Source: Candidatus Latescibacterota bacterium (lineage in GTDB: Bacteria; Latescibacterota; UBA2968; UBA8231). From it: 64,000 bases of DNA. Made by a program: the position numbers and the translations under genes. Under the pieces are notes generated by a model. It was given only the letters and a program-made list of their open reading frames with translations, was not told the origin of the DNA and did not search any database. This document shows positions 46,841 to 57,213 of this stretch, one piece after another. Numbering within the stretch: position 1 is the first letter of the stretch; the number at the start of each line of letters is the position of its first letter. The stretch covers positions 4,864,001 through 4,928,000 of the forward strand of contig OZ241362.1 of assembly GCA_965200315.1 (NCBI GenBank), in the 5' to 3' direction.

Positions 46841-48076
46841 TCAGCGCAAGAGGAGCATGGCGGAGTGTAGCTCGGCCGAATCCGTCCGCAGCCGATAGAT
46901 GTACAGGCCGCTGGCCGCGGGTGCGCCGGTTGCCGACTGGCTGTCCCAGTGAACCACATGATACCCCGGGAGTGTGTCTGCCGCAAAAGGCGTGGCCACC
47001 TTTTGACCCATTAGGTTGAAGATGTCGATTTGGGCAAACTGAGGCCCTCCCTCGGGGATGGCGAAGGGGATAGAGGTGCCGGCGTTAAAGGGATTAGGGT
47101 AATTCGGCGCGAGGATGGGTTCGTGCGGCAGAGCGAATCCAGACGGCTCTGAGATGGACGTGGCAGCGTCCCCCCATACTACTTGGCTTTCTGCACACGA
47201 GCCTTCGGCGCAGGTATTGAAAACGAGCGTGGTTGCCTGTTCGGCGTCGAGGAGTAGATAAGTCTGACCGCGCTCGTCGCTAGTGGTCGTTATCTGCTGG
47301 GCTGCGCCGGCCGGTATGGGGATGACCTCGTCGTTGACGAGCGCGTATGCCGGCCCTGCTCCGGGATTGGCAATGTCCCAAGTAAAAGACGCGTTAGGGC
47401 GTAAGTATCCAGCTTGCAAGAGGCGCGCAGACACGAGGATTTCGCCAGCACTGCTGTCGGCTACGCTGCCGCTGCCGACGGCAGAAAAGGAGGGGTGTTG
47501 CCCGACCGAGCGAAAGAAGATGCCATCCGGCAACCCTTGGCCCTCGGCATCGCAGTAATTGCGCAAGAACGCAACTTGGGGGTGGATGTCGTCGCGCTCG
47601 TCAAAGGAAGGCCCGAGCGACACCACATCGAGGTAGATGTCTAGGGGTGTGGTGGGGCTGATAGAGTCGGCCAAGGTGAAAGTCAGGCTGGCGAGATGGC
47701 CCTCGCCGGCTATCCCTGCACCGCCGAGGGTCGCGATGCCCCATTGAGCGGTTTGGCCTCTTATCTGCGGCAGCCCTGGGGAGACAAAGGAATTGGCCCG
47801 CGCTGTCTCGCCTAGCGCGCCCTTGATCGCGGCGATAGCGTTGGCTGGTTCCCAGCTAAGTTCAAATTTGACTTGGCGCACGTCGCTCATGTTGCGCGCC
47901 GAGACGCTGAACTCCACGGTGCTATTGGCGGCAAACCCGCAAAAGGGGCCTTCTTCGCCAATGAAAATTTCGGCATCTGCATTGGCGCCAGCCGCCGCGA
48001 GGCGAGGCAACGCGATGGCACCGAGGAGGGCTATATAGCAGAGAAACATGCCTTTTCTCCGAGTGGTTAAGTTCAA
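46841..48076 (-). CDS. Secreted protein with a cohesin-like N-domain and a FlgD/T9SS-like C-terminal domain
   Basis: Signal peptide; NYPNPFN...IFNLMGQKV...WD...ASGLYIYRL. Confidence 0.75.
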   Translation of the reverse strand: MNLTTRRKGMFLCYIALLGAIALPRLAAAGANADAEIFIGEEGPFCGFAANSTVEFSVSARNMSDVRQVKFELSWEPANAIAAIKGALGETARANSFVSPGLPQIRGQTAQWGIATLGGAGIAGEGHLASLTFTLADSISPTTPLDIYLDVVSLGPSFDERDDIHPQVAFLRNYCDAEGQGLPDGIFFRSVGQHPSFSAVGSGSVADSSAGEILVSARLLQAGYLRPNASFTWDIANPGAGPAYALVNDEVIPIPAGAAQQITTTSDERGQTYLLLDAEQATTLVFNTCAEGSCAESQVVWGDAATSISEPSGFALPHEPILAPNYPNPFNAGTSIPFAIPEGGPQFAQIDIFNLMGQKVATPFAADTLPGYHVVHWDSQSATGAPAASGLYIYRLRTDSAELHSAMLLLR

Positions 48077-48229
48077 AAAATACAGCGAGTAAATGTACGC
48101 AACGCTAGCGTCTAGGCAAGCGCACCGGCCCCTCCTTGACCGGGTTTTGTCGCGTTTGACGCGTTTGATATTATTGTCTAAGCTGCGTTAGACCAACTGC
48201 CAAGTAATTATGGACTATTGAAGATACTT

Positions 48230-49915
48230 ATGCGCCGTTATCTCGTCTGGAATGTCCGCCGCAACGATCCATACGATAGTTTAATCGATGACCTGCTCGC
48301 CGGCCGCGGCCTGACCCGCGCCGAGCTGCAAGTCGGTCCTGAAGTCCTGCATCCGCCCGAGCAAATGCAGGACATGAGCACTGCGGTTGTGCGCCTAGAA
48401 CGCGCCGTGCGCGCCGGCGAAAAGATCGTCGTGTACGGCGATTACGACGTCGATGGGGTTTGTAGTACCGCCGTGCTGATGGATTTTCTCGAGCGCGTGG
48501 GTGCCGACTGCGACTGCCTCTTGCCCGATCGCCACAAGGACGGATACGGCCTAAAGCCGCCTGGGGTCGAGTGCGCCATGGCAAAGGGCGCGCACCTCAT
48601 CGTCACGGTTGACAATGGAATCTCGGCTTACGAAGCCCTAGAGTTGGCCGAGGCGCGCGGCGTGGAGGTCGTCGTCGTAGATCATCACCAACAGCTCGCC
48701 GAACTACCGCACGCTCTTGCCATCGTCAACCCCAATCGCCGCGATTGCGCGTATCCCTTCAAAGACTTGGCCGGCGTTGGCGTCACCTTCAAGCTGGTGC
48801 AGGCCCTCAGCGCCGCCTTTCTCGCCGGCGAGGAGCGCCGCCGCTATCTCAATGAATTGCTCGATCTAGTAGCCTTGGGGACGGTGGCCGATCTCGTGCC
48901 CGTGCTGGGGGAAAATCGCCTGTTCATCCAGCGCGGCTTGCAGATCCTCCAGCAGACCCAGCGCCTTGGGCTGCGTACGCTCAAGAAGGTGTCCAACTCT
49001 CGAGATCAGCTCCTCGATGCCGCCAGCTTGGGTTTTCGCTTGGGGCCGCGGATCAATGTCGCTGGTCGTTTGAAGACGCCCGATATAGCGCTGCGGCTTT
49101 TGCGCTCTACAAACGAGGGGGAGGCCGCGCAGTTGGCCGACGAACTCAACCGGCTCAACTCTCAGCGGCAGGCTTGGCAGCGCGAGGGCATACAGGAGGT
49201 CGAGGAACAGGTCGGCCCGGAGGAGGATGTGGAGGACCACATCATCGTAGTGCTGGGCGAGTGGAACGTGGGGATCGTCGGCCTGTTGGCCAGCAAGTTG
49301 TGCGAAAAATACGCCCGCCCGGCAGTCGTGTGTACCCAAGGCGGCAACCACGGCCTCTGCGTAGGTTCGGCCCGCAGCATCCGAGGCTACGACATCAGCG
49401 AAGGAATCCACGCCTGCGAAGAGCATTTGCAGACGCATGGCGGCCATCCGGCGGCCGCTGGTTTTTCGCTTGAAGCCGATGCCTTTGAGCGCTTTCGCCT
49501 CGCGCTGATAGACCATGCCAACGCCCGCATTAGCCCCGAGGCTCTGCAACCTGTATTGGACATTGACCTGATGCTCAAACCGGCCGATTTGACGTTGGGC
49601 ACGGTGGAACAACTCGCCGCGCTAGAGCCTTTTGGCAACGGCCACCGACGGCCGGTTTTTGCCCTAGAGGGCTGTCGGGTTATTGGGGCGCGGCAAATCG
49701 GTTCCGGCCGCCACTTCAAGGCCGAATTGGAGGTGGGTGGTCGCCGCTGTGCGGCGCTGTGGTGGAACCAAAAAGACCTCGCCGACCAAGTACGGCCGGG
49801 CGACCGACTGAGCGCGGCTTTCGAGTTGGAAGCAGACACCTATACTGGCAACGGTGCCGTGCAGATGGTGCTCAAGGACTTGTACTTGCAGGAGCCGGCG
49901 ATCACCAATCACTAA
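48230..49915 (+). CDS. recJ: ssDNA exonuclease RecJ
   Basis: YGDYDVDG, TVDNG, DHH, GTVAD, GSARS, GGH..AAG and LEPFG.G. Confidence 0.97.
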   Translation: MRRYLVWNVRRNDPYDSLIDDLLAGRGLTRAELQVGPEVLHPPEQMQDMSTAVVRLERAVRAGEKIVVYGDYDVDGVCSTAVLMDFLERVGADCDCLLPDRHKDGYGLKPPGVECAMAKGAHLIVTVDNGISAYEALELAEARGVEVVVVDHHQQLAELPHALAIVNPNRRDCAYPFKDLAGVGVTFKLVQALSAAFLAGEERRRYLNELLDLVALGTVADLVPVLGENRLFIQRGLQILQQTQRLGLRTLKKVSNSRDQLLDAASLGFRLGPRINVAGRLKTPDIALRLLRSTNEGEAAQLADELNRLNSQRQAWQREGIQEVEEQVGPEEDVEDHIIVVLGEWNVGIVGLLASKLCEKYARPAVVCTQGGNHGLCVGSARSIRGYDISEGIHACEEHLQTHGGHPAAAGFSLEADAFERFRLALIDHANARISPEALQPVLDIDLMLKPADLTLGTVEQLAALEPFGNGHRRPVFALEGCRVIGARQIGSGRHFKAELEVGGRRCAALWWNQKDLADQVRPGDRLSAAFELEADTYTGNGAVQMVLKDLYLQEPAITNH

Positions 49916-49938
49916 ACCACCAACCACTTTTAAAAACC

Positions 49939-51147
49939 GTGATAAGTTCCCAATACACCAAGGAATTGTGCATCCGGGACAGCGACGCCAAAATCGTCTT
50001 GTTGGTCGTCGATGGCTTGGGCGGGTTGCCCCATCCCACCACGGGTAAGTCCGAGTTGGAGACGGCCCAGTTGCCCAACTTAGACGCGCTGGCCAAAGGG
50101 GGCACCTGCGGCCTGCTTTCGCCGTTAGGGGCTGGCTTTACCCCGGGTAGCGGCCCGGCCCACTTAGCTCTCTTTGGCTACGATCCTTGGCAGAATCAAA
50201 TTGGTCGCGGCGCCCTTTCGGCTCTTGGCTTGGGGCTGGACTTCGCCCGCGGCGACGTGGCGGTGCGCCTCAATTTTTGCACGGTGGATGCGGCGGGCCG
50301 GGTGTGTGACCGCCGCGCCGGTCGCATCTCCACGGAAAAAGGCCGCCAGCTCTGCGAAGTGCTAAGAGCGGTCGCCGTGCCCGGCGTGGAGGTGCAAGTC
50401 GCCGCTGAGATGGAGTACCGCGCTGGCGTGGTGTTGCGCGGTGCGGGCTTGGGCGACCAAGTCTCGGATTCGGACCCACAGGTGACAGGCGTGCCGCCCA
50501 AGTCGCTGACGGCACTCGCGCCGGGTGCCGAGCGCACGGTCGAAGTGGCCAATGCCTTTTTAGAGCAAGCCGCCGCCTTGCTCGCCGACGAGCATCCTGC
50601 CAACATGGTGCTGCTGAGGGGATTTGGTCGCTACCCAGAGCTGATGTCCATGGATGAGGCGTACGGGCTGAAGGCGCTGGGCATCGCCGGGTATCCCATG
50701 TACCGCGGCGTAGCCGGGGCCGTGGGCATGGATGTGGAAGTGGTCGGCTGGGACCTTGAATCCGAGTTCGCCTTGCTCGAAAGCCGCTACGCGGACTACG
50801 ACTTTTTCTACGTCCACGCAAAAAAGACCGACAGCGCCGGCGAGGACGGCGATTTCGACCTGAAGGTGCGGTTACTAGAGGAATTAGACGCCTATATTCC
50901 GAGGTTGCTCGCCCTGCAGCCCGAGGTGCTCATCGTCACCGGCGACCACTCGACCCCGGCGATTATGCGCAGCCACAGTTGGCACCCCGTGCCCACGGTC
51001 ATAGTCAGCCGCTGGGCGTTGGCCGATGCGGCGGATGAATTTTCCGAGCGCGGTTGCCGCACCGGCAGCCTCGGAATCGCGCCGGCGACCAGCTTGATGG
51101 CTCTCGCGTTGGCCCACGCGCGTCGGCTCGACAAATTCGGTGCTTGA
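49939..51147 (+). CDS. apgM: 2,3-bisphosphoglycerate-independent phosphoglycerate mutase (ApgM type)
   Basis: DGLGG, PGSGPAHL..FGY, DRRAGRI, TGDHSTP and HSWHPVP; start codon approximate. Confidence 0.92.
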   Translation: MISSQYTKELCIRDSDAKIVLLVVDGLGGLPHPTTGKSELETAQLPNLDALAKGGTCGLLSPLGAGFTPGSGPAHLALFGYDPWQNQIGRGALSALGLGLDFARGDVAVRLNFCTVDAAGRVCDRRAGRISTEKGRQLCEVLRAVAVPGVEVQVAAEMEYRAGVVLRGAGLGDQVSDSDPQVTGVPPKSLTALAPGAERTVEVANAFLEQAAALLADEHPANMVLLRGFGRYPELMSMDEAYGLKALGIAGYPMYRGVAGAVGMDVEVVGWDLESEFALLESRYADYDFFYVHAKKTDSAGEDGDFDLKVRLLEELDAYIPRLLALQPEVLIVTGDHSTPAIMRSHSWHPVPTVIVSRWALADAADEFSERGCRTGSLGIAPATSLMALALAHARRLDKFGA

Positions 51148-51997
51148 GATGATCACCCCCCTGCGCATTGCCCACCGCGGCGCCTCCGGTCCGGGGCTGG
51201 CACCCGAAAACACGTTGGCCGCTTGCGAAAAGGCACTCCAGATCGGCGTCGATATGCTCGAAATCGATGTCCGTGCCACCCGCGACGGCCAGATCGTGGT
51301 CCTGCACGACGCGGCGCTCGACCGGACCACTAACGGCACCGGATTAGTCGCCGACCTCTTGGGCGAGGAAGTGCGTCAATTCGATGCGGGCCGCTGGTTT
51401 AGCGCAGATTTTGCCGGCGAACGCGTACCCCTGCTCGAAGACGTGCTCGACTTGGCGCGGAACCAAGCCCTCGTGCTGATAGAGATCAAGGCCGCCGGCA
51501 TTGCCGAGCGCGTCCTACAGGTGATTGAAGCGGCGAGTGCGACCGAGCGCGTCGTGGTGCAGGCGTTCAATCCGCAAACTATCCGGCGGCTCAATTTGCT
51601 CGCGCCGACCCTGCCCACTGCGCTGTTGGTCGGTCAGTTGCCGACCCCGCCCTCGCGGGGGCGTGCGCGCCGCCTCGTGCGCCAAGTGCTGCAAGTGGGG
51701 GCCAACGCGCTGGCGATGTGGTACGCGGCGCTGACCCCGCCCTTCCTCGAAGAGATGCGCCAGCGGGGCATTGCGGTCTGGGCTTGGACCGTTGACGAGG
51801 ATATTGCCATGCGCGACTTGGCGACGATGGGGGTGCAGGGGATCATCACCAATCGGCCAGACCAGCTCAATCAAGTGCTCGATGAACTAGTCGCCGACGG
51901 GCCACTACGGCTGCCGTTGGGCCGGCGCATCAAGCGCAGCCGCTGGGGTCGCCGGCGTCAATTGCGCAAGCTCCAAGCCGCCAAGCGGGGCCGCTGA
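51140..51997 (+). CDS. Glycerophosphodiester phosphodiesterase
   Basis: IAHRGASG, PENT, EID, EIK, WTVD and ITNRP. Confidence 0.92.
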   Translation: MLEMITPLRIAHRGASGPGLAPENTLAACEKALQIGVDMLEIDVRATRDGQIVVLHDAALDRTTNGTGLVADLLGEEVRQFDAGRWFSADFAGERVPLLEDVLDLARNQALVLIEIKAAGIAERVLQVIEAASATERVVVQAFNPQTIRRLNLLAPTLPTALLVGQLPTPPSRGRARRLVRQVLQVGANALAMWYAALTPPFLEEMRQRGIAVWAWTVDEDIAMRDLATMGVQGIITNRPDQLNQVLDELVADGPLRLPLGRRIKRSRWGRRRQLRKLQAAKRGR

Positions 51998-52005
51998 GGT
52001 TGCAG

Positions 52006-52209
52006 ATGCTCTACACCTTGTTGGCCATATTGCTGCTGGTCGTGGTGGTGCTGAAGTTCTGGTCGCCCTTTGGTCAGCGCTGCCCCCAGTGCCAAGCTCG
52101 CCGGGAGGACGCGGAATATCCCTTGTGTCCAAATTGTGGGTGGATTTACGAAGTGCCTGGGGAAGAATACGATGATTTTGCGCCGGACGACGAAAATGCG
52201 AAATTCTGA
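52006..52209 (+). CDS. Small membrane protein with a zinc ribbon
   Basis: N-terminal transmembrane helix followed by CPQC...CPNC. Confidence 0.65.
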   Translation: MLYTLLAILLLVVVVLKFWSPFGQRCPQCQARREDAEYPLCPNCGWIYEVPGEEYDDFAPDDENAKF

Positions 52210-52246
52210 AGGGTGCGCAGCCGCGCTGCCACGCCCTGATTTGCGC

Positions 52247-52276
52247 TTGACAATCCCCTCTACTTCCCTTTAGATT
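52247..52276 (+). promoter_or_regulatory. Possible sigma70 promoter
   Basis: ttgaca-N18-tagatt upstream of the lipoprotein gene. Confidence 0.4.
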
Positions 52277-52326
52277 GTCTGATTATATAGGGAAGCACAG
52301 AACGTTCAAACTCAGGAAGGTGGACC

Positions 52327-52950
52327 ATGAAAATGCGGGCAATATCGCTGTTTGTCGCCGTCGCGGTTTTGGCGGGCTGTGACGATCCCCCCACAGCGGA
52401 GCTCGGTGCGGCTAAGCAAGCGCTGGACGCGGCCCGGGACGCCGACGCCGAGCGCTTTGCCGCAAACGAGTACTCGGCCGCGCAGCGCGCGTACAGCGAA
52501 GCTGAAGCAACGACCAAAACCGAAGACGAGCGCTTTTTCCTCTTCAAGGACTTTGAGCAGGCGCGGGCGCAAATCGCCGATGCCAAAAGCAAGTCCACGC
52601 AGGCCGAGTCGGCTGCGCACGCCGAAAAGAAACGCCAGCGGGAGTCGGCCGAAGCCGTGATTGCCGCGGCTCACGACGCGATCACCGCCGCATATACCAG
52701 CCTAGAGGAAGCGCCGTCCGGCAAGGGCACGGAAGCCGACATTGAGGCTCTGCAAGCCGAGTTAAGTGCGGCCGAAGCCGACATGGACGCGGCCGAAGCC
52801 GCATTGGACAGCGAGAATTTCTCCGAAGCTGAGTCCCTCGCCGGAAGCGCGGATCAAAGGGCCACCGAGGTCGCCGACGGCGTGATAGTGGCCGTAGATA
52901 AATACCACGCGCTGGTCGAGAAGATGCGCCCTTGGTACGAGCGCTTCTAA
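52327..52950 (+). CDS. Helical Ala-rich lipoprotein (DUF4398-like)
   Basis: Lipobox LAGC; PP.AEL.AA..AL..AR...A..FA. Confidence 0.75.
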   Translation: MKMRAISLFVAVAVLAGCDDPPTAELGAAKQALDAARDADAERFAANEYSAAQRAYSEAEATTKTEDERFFLFKDFEQARAQIADAKSKSTQAESAAHAEKKRQRESAEAVIAAAHDAITAAYTSLEEAPSGKGTEADIEALQAELSAAEADMDAAEAALDSENFSEAESLAGSADQRATEVADGVIVAVDKYHALVEKMRPWYERF

Positions 52951-52960
52951 GCGCACACTC

Positions 52961-53554
52961 TTGCAAGCTTCAATCACAGGCGGCCGGGAGTTCCTCCCGG
53001 TCGCTTTGTTTTTTTGTGCGCTGCTGTGGGGGCCGCCCGCCGCCGCAGCGTCTGCGCTCTCGCTAGAGCACCAGCAACTGGTGCAAGCCGTTGAGCGCCA
53101 CGGTTTAGCTACTCCCTACATCGTCATCAATACCCAAGACAATCTAATCGTGCTGCGCGACGGGGAGCAGGTGTTGCGCCAAGCCGCTTGTGCAACGGGC
53201 AGCGGCCGCAAGCTCGAAGGGGCCAAGCGATGGCATCGCTGGACCTTCGACACGCCCAAGGGCCGCTTCGCCATCCGCCGCAAAGTTGCCGATCCCCTGT
53301 GGACGCGGCCGACTTGGTACTTTATCGAAAACGACGAAGAGATTCCCATTTTCGCCGAGGACCCGCGGCGATTCCAACGCGGGGTCTTGGGCGCGTACGC
53401 ATTGTATTTCCTCAAAGATTTTATGATCCACGGCACGCTCTTTGAAATCAACTTGGGCAAGAGCATAACCCACGGCTGCGTCCGGGTGGGCAGCGAGGAC
53501 CTAAAGTACCTGTACGAAGCTGTCGAAATCGGCTGGCCGGTCTTTATCTACTAA
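52961..53554 (+). CDS. L,D-transpeptidase (YkuD family)
   Basis: TP.G.F, P.W, IHGT and THGCVR catalytic His/Cys; start uncertain. Confidence 0.88.
   Translation: MQASITGGREFLPVALFFCALLWGPPAAAASALSLEHQQLVQAVERHGLATPYIVINTQDNLIVLRDGEQVLRQAACATGSGRKLEGAKRWHRWTFDTPKGRFAIRRKVADPLWTRPTWYFIENDEEIPIFAEDPRRFQRGVLGAYALYFLKDFMIHGTLFEINLGKSITHGCVRVGSEDLKYLYEAVEIGWPVFIY
52979..53015 (+). terminator. Intrinsic terminator after the lipoprotein gene
   Basis: ggcggccgggag-ttc-ctcccggtcgct stem followed by ttgttttttt. Confidence 0.75.
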
Positions 53555-54075
53555 TGAAGCACCTAGCGTTGTTCTGGGCCTTTGTGTGCGGCGCGAGCGC
53601 GGCGTCGGCCGAGGACTTGGCCTATGTCAACGCCGCGCTGCGGGCTTGGTTGCAGGCCATAGAAGCGGATGCGCCGTACTTGCTGGTGGATCGGGGCGCG
53701 GCCGATCTGCGGCTGATGCACGGAAGGGCGCTCTTGCGGCGCGTACCGCTCGCGGCCGATTCCCTCGGAGAGCAGCCGCCGGTGCAAGACTCGCTCGCGG
53801 CCCGGTTGCGACGCTATCGACCCAGCAATCCTTGGCGCGGCTTGGTGCCTAGCCCGTTTGACTGGGAGCAGAACTTGGTTGCCGATGCGTCGGCGGCCAC
53901 TGCCTTGTATTTTGCGAGCGGGCTGCTGCTCTACGCCAGCCCGGCGTGGCATCGTCGAGGTGCTATGGACCTGCAAATTGGGGCTGATGATTTGCGTGCG
54001 CTGTACAATGCCTGCGGCCGGGGCACCCCGCTCGTCGTCCTACCGGCCAATTGGAGAGAGGGGCCTCAGCAGTGA
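53554..54075 (+). CDS. Secreted YkuD-like protein lacking the catalytic residues
   Basis: YLLVD....LRL and DLRALY.A...GTPLVV follow the YkuD fold, but no HG...HGC motif; TAATG coupling. Confidence 0.55.
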   Translation: MKHLALFWAFVCGASAASAEDLAYVNAALRAWLQAIEADAPYLLVDRGAADLRLMHGRALLRRVPLAADSLGEQPPVQDSLAARLRRYRPSNPWRGLVPSPFDWEQNLVADASAATALYFASGLLLYASPAWHRRGAMDLQIGADDLRALYNACGRGTPLVVLPANWREGPQQ

Positions 54076-55331
54076 CCTTGCACTTTGGCATGGCGGCCGC
54101 CGACATCACGCCGCCGGTCGGCATCGCAATGGGCGGGTACTGGGGGCGGCGATCTGGGGCCACACACATCCGCGACCGCCTCATGGCCAAGGCCCTCGTC
54201 TGTGGCCGAGGTGCAGCGCAGGTCGCCCTTGTCGCCGTCGATTTGGTGGGGTTGGACGCGGATGTTGTGCGGGAGATTCGGGAGAAGATAGGGTGCGCCA
54301 CTGGTATTGAGGGCGCGGCCATCATGGTCTGCGCCTCCCACACCCACTCCGGCCCGCTGACCTTTCCCTTCCGGGGCATGGGTCGCATCGACAGCCGCTA
54401 CTTGGAGCAGGTTGCGGCCGCCGTGGTGGAGGTGGTGGTAGCTGCGGCCGCCGCTAGCCGACCGGGCCGCTTGTACTATGCGCGTCCCCAAGTGCAGATA
54501 GGCCGCAACCGCCGCCCGCAGAGCGTCAAAGGCCCGGTTGTGCCCTACGCGCACGTGTTGCGCTTTGTCGCCGAGTGCGGGACGGAAGCCACGCTTTTTA
54601 GCTGCGCTTGCCATCCAGTGGTTTTGGGCCGCGACAACCACCAAATCAGTGCCGACTTCCCTGGGGCGGCGGCCCGCTGCATTGAGGCTGCGACCAGAGG
54701 GCCGGCTCTGTTTGTGAATGGGGCCTGTGGCGACATCAATCCGCGGCTCGCCAATGGCTCGTTTGCCGATGTGGAGTGCTTGGGGCAGGAGTTGGGTCGG
54801 GGCGTGCTGGAGGGGCGGTCTGCGGCCGCGCCTTTGGAGGTTTCCGCGATAAGCTGGGCGCACGAGCACTTGGACTTGCCGCTGCGACCCCCGCCGCCGC
54901 GCTGGCGTACCGAAGTCGAGCAACTCAAAGCGCACCTGCGGGCGCGTCTGGCGCAGGGCGGCGAGGGGGCCAAGGCCCAGCTCGAATGGGCTGTGGCCCT
55001 GCGCAAATGGGTGCGGGCAGGCGCGGAGCGCACTCGGGTGCAGCCCTTTGAGATGCAGGCGTTGGCTCTCGGTGAGTTGGTGCTTTTGGGGATGGAAGGG
55101 GAGCTCTTCGCCCGCTATCAGCTCGACTTGGAGGCCGCGCATGGGCCAGCCGTCTTGTGCGGCTTTGCCAATGGCTGCATTGGCTACGTGCCCACGGCCG
55201 ACGAGTATGCGCACGGCGGCTACGAGATCGACTTGGCCTACAAGTTCTATCCGAGCGTGCAGATGATCGCGCCGACGAGCGAGCCGCTGATACGACAGCG
55301 GGCCGCGGCGTTGATCGCAAAGGTGCGCTAG
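54072..55331 (+). CDS. Neutral/alkaline ceramidase-like hydrolase
   Basis: DITPP, ASHTHSGP, ACHP, SADFPG, GACGDINP, GE.F, GYVPT and GGYE. Confidence 0.85.
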   Translation: MTLHFGMAAADITPPVGIAMGGYWGRRSGATHIRDRLMAKALVCGRGAAQVALVAVDLVGLDADVVREIREKIGCATGIEGAAIMVCASHTHSGPLTFPFRGMGRIDSRYLEQVAAAVVEVVVAAAAASRPGRLYYARPQVQIGRNRRPQSVKGPVVPYAHVLRFVAECGTEATLFSCACHPVVLGRDNHQISADFPGAAARCIEAATRGPALFVNGACGDINPRLANGSFADVECLGQELGRGVLEGRSAAAPLEVSAISWAHEHLDLPLRPPPPRWRTEVEQLKAHLRARLAQGGEGAKAQLEWAVALRKWVRAGAERTRVQPFEMQALALGELVLLGMEGELFARYQLDLEAAHGPAVLCGFANGCIGYVPTADEYAHGGYEIDLAYKFYPSVQMIAPTSEPLIRQRAAALIAKVR

Positions 55332-55348
55332 CTTACACGGGAGGATGT

Positions 55349-56023
55349 ATGCGCGATCTAGAGGTGCTATACGATCAAGTTCCGGCGACGCGGTGCGCAG
55401 GTACGGGCGATTGCTGCTGGCTTGCGGACGAGGAGTTCGACAACTACTATGCTACCATGTTCCCGCTCTACCGAGTCGAATACGTCCACATCGTCGCCTA
55501 TGTGGAGCAGCACTTTTCCCGGCAGCGTCGCCAAGAGTTGCTGAGCTTTACCGAGGAGCGGCCGCGCCGCTGCCCCTTTTTAGGCGCGGACCATAGCTGT
55601 ACCATCTATCCGGTGCGCCCGCTGATCTGCCGCACGTATGGGGCGATGAATCCGGTCTCGATTGCCCGCCAAGCTATTGCTCATCAGGGCGATTTGCCGT
55701 TGGCGCAAATTCGCGCCTTTGTGCGGCGCGAGGCCGGTATGGTGTGTCCGCGGGTGGCGGTGCTGGAGCCGGAAAAGGTCGCACGGCACGCCCGCATGCT
55801 CATGGAGGGAACGTACGATCGCGAATTGGCGTGGCTCAGTGCCGAGGTGGAGTTGGCGGGCGCAGAGCGGAAACAGCTATTCCAACGGCTCACCGACCGG
55901 AAAGAGTGGCCGCTGCGCTGGTCTTGGGGAGGCTTTAATGCGCTGCGCTTTGCGCCGCTGACATGGTTGCGCCAGCACTTTGCTGCGTATTGGAAAAAAG
56001 CCGAGCTAATCGATGGCAAATGA
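55349..56023 (+). CDS. YkgJ-family cysteine-cluster protein
   Basis: C..TGDCC, CPFL and CTIYPVRPLICR; RBS ggagg. Confidence 0.8.
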   Translation: MRDLEVLYDQVPATRCAGTGDCCWLADEEFDNYYATMFPLYRVEYVHIVAYVEQHFSRQRRQELLSFTEERPRRCPFLGADHSCTIYPVRPLICRTYGAMNPVSIARQAIAHQGDLPLAQIRAFVRREAGMVCPRVAVLEPEKVARHARMLMEGTYDRELAWLSAEVELAGAERKQLFQRLTDRKEWPLRWSWGGFNALRFAPLTWLRQHFAAYWKKAELIDGK

Positions 56024-56055
56024 CGCCCGCATTGGCGTCGCAAGGAGATTGCACC

Positions 56056-57213
56056 ATGCAACAATACCGAGTCGCTATTTTGGGCTGCCGCGGCCGCGGC
56101 ACGGCCGCAGGCCGCGCGTATCACCAGCATCCCCGCACTGAGGTTGTGGCTCTGTGCGACCTCGTGCCCGAGCGGCTGGCGGCCCTCGGCGACGAGTTGG
56201 GGGTTGTGGCCCGCTACGACGATCTCGACCGGATGATCGAAGCCGAGGCTCCGGACATCGTCGCCATTCCCACGGGCACCGAGTTCCACTATCCGCTCGC
56301 CATGCGGGTGCTAGAGCACGGAGTCCACATCGACATTGAAAAGCCGATCTGCACGACCTTGGCCGAGGCCGACGCGGTGTTGGCCAAAGCCGCGGAGCAA
56401 GGGGTGCAAGTGGCCGTGCATCACCAAGGGCGCAGCGGCGGCGCACTGCAAGCGGTCAAAGCGGCGATTGCCGAGGGCCGGATCGGCGACTTGCGCTATG
56501 TCCAGGGCAGCGGCAAGGGCTACTATGGAGGTTACGGCCTGATGAAAATCGCCACGCACTCGCTCAACGCCATGCTCGGCGTGGCCGGGCCGGTGCGGAG
56601 CGTCCAAGCCGTGGCCCTGACCGATGGCCGCCCGATCACGCCCGAGGATGTGGTGCCGTCGCCGAGCGGCATGGGCTACATTGCCGGCGAGCACGTGACG
56701 GTAGCCCTCGCCTTTGAATGCGGGATTTCGGGCACGCTCTTGCAACACCGCTTTCCCAAGGTGGATTCAACGGCCTATATGATTGAGCTCTACGGCACCG
56801 AGGGGCGGCTCTACTGGAAGAGCGGTGCCCCGTGGTCTTTGTCCACGCCGCACTTTGCCCCCGGCCAAGTCGAGTGGCAGCCGCTCGATCCCATAGTGCC
56901 CGAGCACTACGACCCGGCGGGTCCGGCGGCTGTGGAGGACTACCAGTTCGCCGACGAGTACGTGCAGGCACTCGACGAGGGCCGTGCGCACGAGTGCTCG
57001 GGCGCGGCCGGTCTCCACGTGCTAGAGATATTGATGGGGATTTTTGAGTCAGGTGCCCGTGGTCAGCGCGTGGATTTGCCGCAAGCAGACCGCGACCACC
57101 CGCTCTTGCGCTGGCGCGAGGAACACGGCTTAGGCCTGCCCACCCCTATGCCGCGCCCGTATGCTGAGTGGCTCGCCGCCGAAGATTGCCGCTTGGGCCG
57201 GGGTGCGAGTTAG
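56056..57213 (+). CDS. Gfo/Idh/MocA oxidoreductase
   Basis: AILGCRGRG, EKP and ATH. Confidence 0.88.
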   Translation: MQQYRVAILGCRGRGTAAGRAYHQHPRTEVVALCDLVPERLAALGDELGVVARYDDLDRMIEAEAPDIVAIPTGTEFHYPLAMRVLEHGVHIDIEKPICTTLAEADAVLAKAAEQGVQVAVHHQGRSGGALQAVKAAIAEGRIGDLRYVQGSGKGYYGGYGLMKIATHSLNAMLGVAGPVRSVQAVALTDGRPITPEDVVPSPSGMGYIAGEHVTVALAFECGISGTLLQHRFPKVDSTAYMIELYGTEGRLYWKSGAPWSLSTPHFAPGQVEWQPLDPIVPEHYDPAGPAAVEDYQFADEYVQALDEGRAHECSGAAGLHVLEILMGIFESGARGQRVDLPQADRDHPLLRWREEHGLGLPTPMPRPYAEWLAAEDCRLGRGAS

